From positions 5,338 through 69,337 of the forward strand of contig CAKOTD010000004.1 of assembly GCA_934120015.1 (NCBI GenBank): a DNA stretch of 64,000 bases, in the 5' to 3' direction. This DNA is from an uncultured Bacilli bacterium (GTDB lineage Bacteria; Bacillota_I; Bacilli_A; RF39; UBA660). Positions 20,375 through 29,260 of this stretch are shown here, piece by piece (position 1 is the stretch's first letter; every line of letters starts with the position of its first letter). The notes below the pieces were generated by a model, which was not told the DNA's origin, did no database searches, and saw nothing but the letters and a program-made list of their open reading frames with translations. The translations under genes were made by a program, and so were the position numbers.

Positions 20375-21340
20375 ATGAAACTAGAAGATCTTAATGTTGA
20401 AAAAGAATTAAAAATTATATATATGGGAACGCCTGGATTTAGTGCAACTGTTTTAGAAGGATTAATTTCTAAATATAATGTTAGAGCAGTTGTTACTCAG
20501 CCTGATAAACCATCTGGAAGAGGTGAACATATAAATGTATCACCTGTAAAACAAATCTGTAATGAAAAAGCAATTTTAGTATTACAACCATCTAAGATAA
20601 AAGAAAGCATTGATGAAATTTTATCCCTAGACCCAGACTTAATTATAACATGTGCATATGGACAAATTTTACCCAAGGAAATTCTTGATTATCCAAGATT
20701 AGGATGCATTAATGTTCATGCTTCTTTACTTCCAAAATTAAGGGGTGGTGCACCAATTCATAGGGCAATAATGAATGGTTATAAGGAAACTGGGGTAACT
20801 ATTATGTACATGAACGAGGAAATGGATGAGGGTGATATGATTGCTAAGAAAAGTGTCACAATAGAAGAAAATGAGACGGCTGAAACTCTTCATGATAAAT
20901 TAAGCTTAGTTGGTAGAGATTTACTTCTTGAGGTGCTTCCAAGTATAATTGCTGGTACAAATGATAGAGTAAAGCAAGATGATTCACAAGCTACTTATGG
21001 TTTTGTAATAAAAAGAGAAGATGAAAAAATAGATTTCTCTAAAACAAAAAGGGAGATATATAATAAAGTTAGAGGCTTAAATTCATGGCCAGGGGCATAT
21101 TGTACTTTTAATGGAAAAATTGTTAAAGTTTGGGAATGTTATACAACGGAAAATAATTTTTCTAATTTATTAGATGGCCAAATTACAGAAATTTATTCTG
21201 ATGGAATTGGGGTAAAAGTTTCAAATGGTGAAATAGTATTAAAGGTGGTTCAACCAGAAGGAAAAAGAAGGATGTCTGGAATTGATTTTGCAAATGGTAT
21301 GTTAACCAATCGTGGTGATATTGTAAAAATATTTACTTAG
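20375..21340 (+). CDS. fmt: Methionyl-tRNA formyltransferase
   Basis: NVHASLLPKLRGGAPIHRAI motif, 321 aa. Confidence 0.93.
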   Translation: MKLEDLNVEKELKIIYMGTPGFSATVLEGLISKYNVRAVVTQPDKPSGRGEHINVSPVKQICNEKAILVLQPSKIKESIDEILSLDPDLIITCAYGQILPKEILDYPRLGCINVHASLLPKLRGGAPIHRAIMNGYKETGVTIMYMNEEMDEGDMIAKKSVTIEENETAETLHDKLSLVGRDLLLEVLPSIIAGTNDRVKQDDSQATYGFVIKREDEKIDFSKTKREIYNKVRGLNSWPGAYCTFNGKIVKVWECYTTENNFSNLLDGQITEIYSDGIGVKVSNGEIVLKVVQPEGKRRMSGIDFANGMLTNRGDIVKIFT

Positions 21341-21348
21341 GAGTTATT

Positions 21349-22086
21349 ATGGATGATAAAAATAAAGTAGAAAAAGTTAGTAAAATAAAGGTTATTAAAG
21401 AGTTTCTTTCTGACAAGAGAAATAAGGCTATTGTAAAATTGTGTGCATATTTTATATTCTTTTTTGTTATAATATTATTTATTAGATTATCAGATAAAGG
21501 AAAAAATATGATAGACAATAATGATATAGATTTACCACCTACAATAACAAATGGTATTAAAAATCTTAAGCAAAAGAGTAATTTCAAATATAAACTAAAT
21601 TATAGTATTGTGATAAATAATATAGAAAATAAAATAATTTTTGATTATGATTTTGAAAATAATGTTTATAAAATAAGTAATTTTAAGGGTGAAAACTTAA
21701 ATAATGAATTATTGTTAGTAAGTAGTGAATATTATAAAGATGAATATGGATGGTATTATATGATGGAAAGTAATAAGACCTATATGAATTATTATTTATT
21801 TGATGACCTTAAATTATTTTCACCAGATAATATATATAATTATCTATTAAAAAGTAATTATCAGTTTAAAAAGGAGGATCTAAATAATAATATTATAATT
21901 AATTCAATTATTTCAGTTGAGGACTTTTCATTATTAAATAACAATATTATTGAGGACAAAGATGACATTATTATTGAAACAACTACTAATATTGATGGTG
22001 AAGAATCTATAATGTTTAATCTTACAAATTATTATAAGAATATTGATAATTTAAATTCATATATCATATATATTGAAATAAATTAA
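21349..22086 (+). CDS. Hypothetical N-terminally membrane-anchored protein
   Basis: One TM helix (CAYFIFFFVIILFI), then an N/Y-rich domain. No recognisable motif. Confidence 0.5.
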   Translation: MDDKNKVEKVSKIKVIKEFLSDKRNKAIVKLCAYFIFFFVIILFIRLSDKGKNMIDNNDIDLPPTITNGIKNLKQKSNFKYKLNYSIVINNIENKIIFDYDFENNVYKISNFKGENLNNELLLVSSEYYKDEYGWYYMMESNKTYMNYYLFDDLKLFSPDNIYNYLLKSNYQFKKEDLNNNIIINSIISVEDFSLLNNNIIEDKDDIIIETTTNIDGEESIMFNLTNYYKNIDNLNSYIIYIEIN

Positions 22087-22094
22087 AAGCAGAC

Positions 22095-23849
22095 TTAATT
22101 GTCTGCTTTATTGTTTTCTCTTTCTCTATACCTTGATAAGCCTTTTTTATATTCATTTATAAAATTAATTGTATCATTTAATCCATAATCATCGAATTGA
22201 GGTTCATTATTTTTTTTCTCTTCATTTTCTTTTTTATTTTCTTCTAATTTTATATCAGAGTTTAAGTTGTTTTTCTTAGAAAACATTTGTTGCGCTTCAG
22301 CTAGAAATGATTCTAAATTATTGCTTCGTGAAATTCTTTTTTCTTCGGCTTGTTCATTATTACTTTTAGAGGGCGCATTTCTATTATTTGTAAATGATCT
22401 AAAATTATTTTCCTCTAACTTTTCTTCTTTAGGTAAATTACCATAACTATTTTTTAATATAGTAGAATTTATTTTATTATTGTTATTATTTTCTTCTACC
22501 ACCTTTTTAGAAATATTATCTTTCATATCTTTATTGATATTTTTTTCTATACTGACTTCATTTTCTTTTACATCATTAAACTTTTCTTCATTATTATGTG
22601 TATTTGATTTACTTATATTTGTATCATTAATTGCTTTTTCTAACCCATGTCCGCTGCGTAAGTCTTCATCATCTAATTCAATTAATTTAAGTATTTCTTC
22701 AAAAGTTGTTTTACCTTCAAGAACTTTTTCTAATCCATCTTGAAGTAATGTAGTAACATCATTTTTATAGACTAACTCACGAAGTGCATCCTTTCTAATG
22801 TTGTTACTAATAGCATCTTTTATTTCTTGATTTATTAGTAAAACTTCATGAATAGCAACACGGCCTTTAAATCCGTTATTACATTCTTCACATCCTTCGG
22901 CAGTATATAGTTCAGTAATATCTTTTCCTAGAACATTTTTAAACAATTCTTTTTCATAATCATTTGCTGGTCTTGTCTTTCGACATTTAGGGCAAAGCTT
23001 ACGAGCCAGTTTTTGTGAGATGATACCGGTCAAGGCACTTGCAAGCAAGTATCTTTCAACATCCATATCAAGTAAACGTTCAATTGTGTTAAGAGAGTTA
23101 TTGGTGTGAATTGTAGATAATACTAAATGTCCTGTAATAGAAGCACGAACTGCAATTCTTGCTGTTTCAGTATCACGAATTTCTCCAACCATTATAATAT
23201 TAGGGTCTTGACGTAATATTGAGCGAAGAGCACTAGCAAATGTTAATCCAATTTCACTATTAGTTTGAACTTGATTGACTCCTTCAATATTCATTTCTAT
23301 TGGGTCTTCAACTGTTATAATATTTGTGTCTTCTCGATTTAGTCTTTGCAAAATAGAGTACACAGTTGTAGATTTACCTGTTCCAGTAGCACCTGTTACT
23401 AATATAATACCATTTGGAACACTAATCATTTTGAGAACTCTTTTTAAGTTATTTTCACTAAATCCCAATTGATCAATACCAGTTACACTTAAAGAATAAT
23501 CCATAATACGAATAACAATTTTTTCTCCAAGATTTGTAGGCAGAGCAGAAACACGAAGATCTAAGTTAACATTATCTATTTTTCCCTTAATAGCCCCATC
23601 TTGTGGAAGTCTTGACTCAGTAATATTCATTTCTGATAAAATTTTAATACGAGTGACTAAATTCTTTTTTATATCATTTGGTACTTCAGTATAATCAATT
23701 AATTCCCCATCAATTCTTATTCTAACCTTCATAAAATTTTCATGTGGATCAAAGTGAATATCACTAGCACCTCTTTTAGATGCATCTATTAATATTTCAT
23801 TTACTATATCAACTACAGGCATTTTGTCATAGTCAAATTTTTTTAGCAT
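22095..23849 (-). CDS. GspE/PilB-family type II/IV secretion ATPase with a roughly 190-aa low-complexity C-terminal tail
   Basis: Walker A GATGTGKSTT, Walker B IIMVGEIRD, His box GHLVLSTIHTN, tetracysteine CPKC...CEEC. The last ~190 aa are N/K/E-rich. Confidence 0.88.
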   Translation of the reverse strand: MLKKFDYDKMPVVDIVNEILIDASKRGASDIHFDPHENFMKVRIRIDGELIDYTEVPNDIKKNLVTRIKILSEMNITESRLPQDGAIKGKIDNVNLDLRVSALPTNLGEKIVIRIMDYSLSVTGIDQLGFSENNLKRVLKMISVPNGIILVTGATGTGKSTTVYSILQRLNREDTNIITVEDPIEMNIEGVNQVQTNSEIGLTFASALRSILRQDPNIIMVGEIRDTETARIAVRASITGHLVLSTIHTNNSLNTIERLLDMDVERYLLASALTGIISQKLARKLCPKCRKTRPANDYEKELFKNVLGKDITELYTAEGCEECNNGFKGRVAIHEVLLINQEIKDAISNNIRKDALRELVYKNDVTTLLQDGLEKVLEGKTTFEEILKLIELDDEDLRSGHGLEKAINDTNISKSNTHNNEEKFNDVKENEVSIEKNINKDMKDNISKKVVEENNNNNKINSTILKNSYGNLPKEEKLEENNFRSFTNNRNAPSKSNNEQAEEKRISRSNNLESFLAEAQQMFSKKNNLNSDIKLEENKKENEEKKNNEPQFDDYGLNDTINFINEYKKGLSRYRERENNKADN

Positions 23850-23948
23850 GTATTTTCCATCCCCTTTATTCTAATTAGGACTAGTATTTATCCTGAAACT
23901 ATTATATAATATATTTAGGATAAAATACAAGTAAGAAGGGGAAAAATT

Positions 23949-24461
23949 ATGAAAAAAAACAATAATAAAGGTTTTATGCTTACAGAATTATTAGTAACAG
24001 CAACCTTAATATGTACGGTTTTAATCTTTTTGTATACACAATTTTACAATGTAAAAAAGGGGTATGATAGAAGTTTTAATTACAATACAGTAAATGGTTT
24101 GTATATACTTGATAATGTAAAAAAATTTTTAACTGAAAATGATTTGTCTGTTTTTAAATTACAATTAAGCAATAAAAATTATGTTGAATTAACTGAAACT
24201 GAAAATATATCATTAATGAGCAATCAAGATTATTTTAATAAAATGATTTCTTTTACTAATATAAAAAAATTATATTTTACCAAAGAAAATCTTGAATCAT
24301 TAAAAAATGAACTTAATTTAAATCCGATAGGTGAACTAGAATCCCTTAGAAAATTTGTAAATTATATTGATTATGATTCTAATGCAGGAGATAACTTATA
24401 TCGTTTGATTGCTGAGTTTAATGATTCTACATTTTCAACAATTTTATTAGGAGGGGAATAA
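23949..24461 (+). CDS. Prepilin-type (type IV pilin / pseudopilin-like) protein
   Basis: N-terminus KKNNNKG|FMLTELLVTATL has a class III signal: G at -1, E at +5 and a hydrophobic helix. Confidence 0.75.
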   Translation: MKKNNNKGFMLTELLVTATLICTVLIFLYTQFYNVKKGYDRSFNYNTVNGLYILDNVKKFLTENDLSVFKLQLSNKNYVELTETENISLMSNQDYFNKMISFTNIKKLYFTKENLESLKNELNLNPIGELESLRKFVNYIDYDSNAGDNLYRLIAEFNDSTFSTILLGGE

Positions 24462-24462
24462 T

Positions 24463-27156
24463 ATGAGAAATAGAAAGGGAGCAACAATTGTTGAATTAAT
24501 TGTTTCAATTACTGTTCTTCTTGTAATTGTTACATTTTTATTTCAAACAGTAATATCACTTAAAGAAGTCTACAATAGTTCTGGTATTAAAACAGAAATG
24601 CTTACAAAACAAGCCTTAATTAGTAAGATGATAAATAATGATCTTAGGTCAAAAAAAATTGAGCTTGCTACTACCTGTGGTGACAATAATTGTATTGCAT
24701 TTTATTTTGAAGATGGGACAAGAAAAACACTTGAATTAATAAAAAAGACTGAAGAAAGTCCTGCTTATTTAATTTATGGAGATTATAAAACAGAACTTAC
24801 AAAAAATAGTAATTTTGGTGATTATCAAATAAAATCCGAAACTATTTCTACCACGGCTAACTTAAATTATGATTCAATGCTTTCAATAGATATTCCTATT
24901 TTTCATTCGTTACTTCAAAATCAAGATTACGGAATAAATATTGTTTATCAATATGATAGTAAAGACACTTCAATTACTAATCTTGTTATTGGTGATAATA
25001 CTGATGTAAGTGATATATATTTAATTGGTTCGAATAATATGACATGGTATACAACAGTTCCATTTGAAGAACCTGGCTATTTTTATTTAGATAGTAATAA
25101 CAACTTAATCAAAGATAATAAGAGTAATGATGATATTAATGTACTAGCTAGTGAGATTGTAAATAATATTCAAACCATAACATATCAATCTAAAAAAAAT
25201 CCTGATGTAAAAAAAATTAGAACTATTACTTATATTAAATCAGAATATACATATGAATTAAATAATAGTTATCATTCATTTACAGTACCTGTTAGTGGAA
25301 CATATAAGATTGAATTATGGGGTGCAAATGGTGTTTCTAATTCTATTGGTTCTGGAGGGAAGGGTGCTTACACTAAAGGAAATATTTATTTAAATTCTGG
25401 TGAAAAAATATATATTTATGTTGGAGGAACTGGTTCAGGTGATACTGGTGGATATAATGGTGGAGGAAATATAACTACTGGGCAAAGTAATTTTAATGGT
25501 GCACCTGGTGGAGGTGCTACTGATATTCGTTTAGTAAATGGTAGTTGGGACTTAGAGGGTAGTCTTTACTCTAGGATAATGGTTGCAGCCGGTGGTGGAG
25601 GTGCATCATCAAGTGCCTGTGGCAGTTCCTTTAAATCCGGGGGCAATGGAGGTACTATTAATAGTAATAGTGCTAGTATTGGAGAGAAATGTACTGATAG
25701 TATTTGGACAATTGCCTACGGAGCAGACCAAACAACCGGTGGAACTATAGATGTATTTAACACTGATGGTTCAAAAATAGGAACATATCAAGCTGGTAAA
25801 TTTGGTTATGCCTCTTTTGCAACTGAATATACAGGTGATATTAGATCCGGTGGTGGAGGAGGATATTACGGAGGTACAAGTAGTGGATATGGTAGTTTTG
25901 CTACAGGTGGCTCTTCATTTGTATCTGGATGTGATGGATGTAAAGCAATTGATATTAAGGGAAATTCTGGAGAATCTAATATACATTATTCTGGAAAGAC
26001 CTTCTCTAATATAGAAATGAAATCAGAACATAATTTAGAAAGTGATAATGGATTTGCTAAAATATCATTAGTTGGTGTTTCATATTCAAATGATAATACT
26101 ATTGAACTAAATATTGAAGCTAAAAAAGCAAATTCAAAAACCTCAGTTGCAACAAATACATGGAGTAATGAACCTTTAGTGTTTACTATAACAAAGAATT
26201 TCTATGGTGATAGTAATTCTAAACTATATTACTGCAAAGATACAACTAATACTTGTGATCCTAATATTGAAACTATAAATAGAGGTGAATTTAGTATTAG
26301 TGATGTTGGAACATATTATATAAGATATAAATCAAAAGATAGTTCTTCAAAAGATAGTGCTATAAAATCCTTTAAAGCAAATGTCGATATAGTTTCTCCT
26401 AATATCATATATAACACAACATCTCTTGATTATGGAATAACAAATGCTGTTACTGTAACTGATGACAATTTTTCATATATGAATATAGTTGCATCATGTC
26501 CAAGTTGTAATATAAATCGTGAATATTTAAACATAAAAGATACAAATTATAGTATACCAACATTTAATAAAGCTGGAACTTGGAATTTAATTACAGAAGC
26601 TTATGATAAAGCAGGAAATAAGTCTACTAAAACAGAAGAATATATAGTTATGCCATCATTATCTGGAATAAAAATTGTCCCAAACAATGGAAGTGTTACA
26701 ATGACATGGGATGTTTATCAAGGGGCTACAAGATATCGTATTCAAAGATTGATAGAATCAACATGGACAACTATTGCACAGCCAACAGATACAACATATA
26801 CAGATTCTTCATTAACTAATGGAATTACTTATAAATACCGCTTTATAGTATATAATGGTACTAATTGGACTATACCAACAGATGCTTATAGTGTTGTACC
26901 AACAACAACTCCGCAAAATATTAAGGTTACTCTAAATAATAATAATGCTGTTATTACTTGGAACGCAGTTACTGATGCTACACAATATCGTGTTCAAAGA
27001 CTTAATGGAACAACATGGACTACAATAAGTTTTCCAACAACTACAACATATACAGATTCTAATTTAACAAGTGGAACAACTTATAAATATCGTGTCCTTT
27101 CTTATGTTAATGATACTTGGAGTGGCGTTTCTGAAGTTGTTAGTATAACACCGTGA
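24463..27156 (+). CDS. Giant prepilin-like protein: N-terminal pilin helix, glycine-rich domain, Ig-like region, two FN3 repeats
   Basis: MRNRKG|ATIVELIVSITVLL prepilin motif. YKIELWGANG...GGKGAYTKG...IYVGGTGSG...GGYNGGG...GGGATDIRL...MVAAGGGGAS glycine-rich domain. Two C-terminal (W..V.gAT.YR.QR...TW.T......TYTDS.LT.G.TYKYR) FN3-like repeats. Confidence 0.8.
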   Translation: MRNRKGATIVELIVSITVLLVIVTFLFQTVISLKEVYNSSGIKTEMLTKQALISKMINNDLRSKKIELATTCGDNNCIAFYFEDGTRKTLELIKKTEESPAYLIYGDYKTELTKNSNFGDYQIKSETISTTANLNYDSMLSIDIPIFHSLLQNQDYGINIVYQYDSKDTSITNLVIGDNTDVSDIYLIGSNNMTWYTTVPFEEPGYFYLDSNNNLIKDNKSNDDINVLASEIVNNIQTITYQSKKNPDVKKIRTITYIKSEYTYELNNSYHSFTVPVSGTYKIELWGANGVSNSIGSGGKGAYTKGNIYLNSGEKIYIYVGGTGSGDTGGYNGGGNITTGQSNFNGAPGGGATDIRLVNGSWDLEGSLYSRIMVAAGGGGASSSACGSSFKSGGNGGTINSNSASIGEKCTDSIWTIAYGADQTTGGTIDVFNTDGSKIGTYQAGKFGYASFATEYTGDIRSGGGGGYYGGTSSGYGSFATGGSSFVSGCDGCKAIDIKGNSGESNIHYSGKTFSNIEMKSEHNLESDNGFAKISLVGVSYSNDNTIELNIEAKKANSKTSVATNTWSNEPLVFTITKNFYGDSNSKLYYCKDTTNTCDPNIETINRGEFSISDVGTYYIRYKSKDSSSKDSAIKSFKANVDIVSPNIIYNTTSLDYGITNAVTVTDDNFSYMNIVASCPSCNINREYLNIKDTNYSIPTFNKAGTWNLITEAYDKAGNKSTKTEEYIVMPSLSGIKIVPNNGSVTMTWDVYQGATRYRIQRLIESTWTTIAQPTDTTYTDSSLTNGITYKYRFIVYNGTNWTIPTDAYSVVPTTTPQNIKVTLNNNNAVITWNAVTDATQYRVQRLNGTTWTTISFPTTTTYTDSNLTSGTTYKYRVLSYVNDTWSGVSEVVSITP
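26653..27153 (+). repeat. Tandem ~250-nt duplication encoding the two FN3-like modules
   Basis: Units of about 83 aa share W..V..AT.YR.QRL...TWTTI..PT.TTYTDS.LT.G.TYKYR. The DNA is similar but diverged. Confidence 0.7.
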
Positions 27157-28137
27157 CTATAAGATTATAACCCATATATCAAAAAGAAAAAAAACTATTA
27201 AACTGGATATTAATGCATGGCATACTCTAGCAGTTAAATAAGGCAAATATTTAATTTTAGTATCACTTATAATACTTATAACTTGCATATGAACGCTAAA
27301 TCCACCAAAAGATATTATAAGTGTACTAATTATTGTTTTAAGCTTAAGAGGAATATTTAATAATCCAACATATTTTAATCCTTGTGTCATTTCTATTAGT
27401 CCATTTAATATACTTTGATTGTAATTATTTAAGTTTACGTTATTATCAATGATTGTAGTAACACATAAAAACATCGTTACTACTCCTAAAATTAATAAAA
27501 GAGTATTTATAGTATTTAATAAAGAATTAGTAATAATAGTTCCAAATTTTAATTTATTATTAATTCTTTTATTATGCATATTATTTATAGCTCTTTTTAT
27601 AGAAGTTTTTTCCTTAGCACATCCTTCTGGTTCGTAATTTCTAAACATAAGGCCAATAACTATGTTTCCTATATAATGACTAAATAAAACAAGTATTCCT
27701 GCCTCTTTATTTCCTAGAAAAGTAAGAGCAATACTACCCATTATAAATAGTGGATTAGAAAAGTGTGTAAACATTAATAATTTTGATGCCTCATTTTCAT
27801 TTAAAATTCCTTTTGTATATAATTCTTTTACATATTTAGCATTACTAGGGAATCCAGAAATCATACTCATAATAAATACAAATGCCCCTTCACCTTTTAC
27901 TTTAAATAATTTATTCATAATAGGCTTAAATAGTTCACCAAGTAATTCAACAAAGCCAAAATTAATTAAAAGTTCAGATAAAACAAAAAACGGAAACAAT
28001 GAAGGAAATATATTGTTTGTCCAAATACCAAATGAAAATATAACTGTATCCATTATTGATTTTGATTCTGTAAGAATTTCAAAACCAATAAAAATAAATA
28101 TAATAATATATAAAATACTAATAAATTTTTTATTCAT
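27157..28137 (-). CDS. ylbJ: Sporulation integral membrane protein YlbJ (nucleoside-recognition/Gate domain family)
   Basis: FGIWTNNIFPSLFPFFVLSELLINFG...ISGFPSNAKY pattern; neighbour of a ylbL-like gene as in Bacillus. Confidence 0.75.
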   Translation of the reverse strand: MNKKFISILYIIIFIFIGFEILTESKSIMDTVIFSFGIWTNNIFPSLFPFFVLSELLINFGFVELLGELFKPIMNKLFKVKGEGAFVFIMSMISGFPSNAKYVKELYTKGILNENEASKLLMFTHFSNPLFIMGSIALTFLGNKEAGILVLFSHYIGNIVIGLMFRNYEPEGCAKEKTSIKRAINNMHNKRINNKLKFGTIITNSLLNTINTLLLILGVVTMFLCVTTIIDNNVNLNNYNQSILNGLIEMTQGLKYVGLLNIPLKLKTIISTLIISFGGFSVHMQVISIISDTKIKYLPYLTARVCHALISSLIVFFLFDIWVIIL

Positions 28138-28174
28138 ATTAACCCCTTAAATAGTATATAATATAATTAATTTT

Positions 28175-29206
28175 ATGAAAGGATTTGATTCAATGTTCAA
28201 TAAATTATATGAGAAATTAAAAAAAATCATTTCTGAAAATTTTAAATTCATTTTATTAATGATTATTACAATTATTATATGTTTTGTTGAGTTACCATTT
28301 TACATAAGTGCTCCAGGAGGTGTAATAGATATCTCCTCTAAAATAAATATAGAAGATTCTTACAAGGTTGATGGTAGTTTCAATATGGCTTATGTTACAG
28401 AGTATAAAGCTACACTTCCCATGCTTATAGTTGCTCTTATTAATAATGACTGGGATATTGAAAAAAAATCTGATGTTTTAAGTTCAACAGAAACTGATAA
28501 AACGGTATTAATTAGAGATCATATAATGCTTGAGGAAGCTAATCAAAATGCAGTCATTTATGCTTATAAGAAAGCTAATAAAAAGATTTCAATTTTAAAT
28601 GAAAAGATATATGTTACACATGTATATGAATATGCAGACACCAATTTAAGTGTTGGTGATCAAATAATAAGCATTAATAACATAGAAATTATGAATAAAG
28701 AACACTTATATAATGTCATAAACACTTTAGATAAAGATAAATTAATTGATATCAAAGTTAAAAATAATAATAAAACAGAGAGTAAAAGTGCAAAATTAGT
28801 TAATTACAATGGTAGTTATCTTATTGGAATTATGATATCTTCACTAAAAGAATATGATGTAAGTCCTAATATTAAAATTAATTTTTCAAAATCAGAATCA
28901 GGACCATCCGGTGGGTTGATGATGAGTTTAGCAATCTATAATTATTTAACTAAAGAAGATATAACAAAAGGATATAAAATAGCTGGTACAGGTACTATTG
29001 ATGAGAATGGAAATGTTGGCAGTATTGGCGGGGTTGAATATAAAATCAAAGGTGCTGTTCATGACAAAATAAAATATTTTATTATACCAAATGGTGATAA
29101 TTACGAAGAAGCCCTTAAAATAAAAAATAAATATAATTATGATATCGACCTAATTCCAGTCAATACTTTTGAGGAAGCACTTGAAGCATTATCTAAAATA
29201 AAATAA
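28175..29206 (+). CDS. YlbL/SepM-type PDZ + Lon-C (S16) serine protease
   Basis: TM anchor, PDZ (VGDQIISINNIEI), Lon-like catalytic region SGPSGGLMMSLAIYN...GGVEYKIKGA. Confidence 0.8.
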   Translation: MKGFDSMFNKLYEKLKKIISENFKFILLMIITIIICFVELPFYISAPGGVIDISSKINIEDSYKVDGSFNMAYVTEYKATLPMLIVALINNDWDIEKKSDVLSSTETDKTVLIRDHIMLEEANQNAVIYAYKKANKKISILNEKIYVTHVYEYADTNLSVGDQIISINNIEIMNKEHLYNVINTLDKDKLIDIKVKNNNKTESKSAKLVNYNGSYLIGIMISSLKEYDVSPNIKINFSKSESGPSGGLMMSLAIYNYLTKEDITKGYKIAGTGTIDENGNVGSIGGVEYKIKGAVHDKIKYFIIPNGDNYEEALKIKNKYNYDIDLIPVNTFEEALEALSKIK

Positions 29207-29260
29207 TAATAGGAATTGAATAGATTCCTATTTTTTGATACAATAGTGTAAGGTGATATA

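Noticed and set aside
22095-22670. The low-complexity C-terminal third of the GspE ATPase as a separate gene or a frameshift artefact.
   Set aside because: The frame is continuous with the ATPase core and has no internal stop or RBS/ATG context suggesting a second gene. It is therefore kept as one ORF and flagged as a finding.
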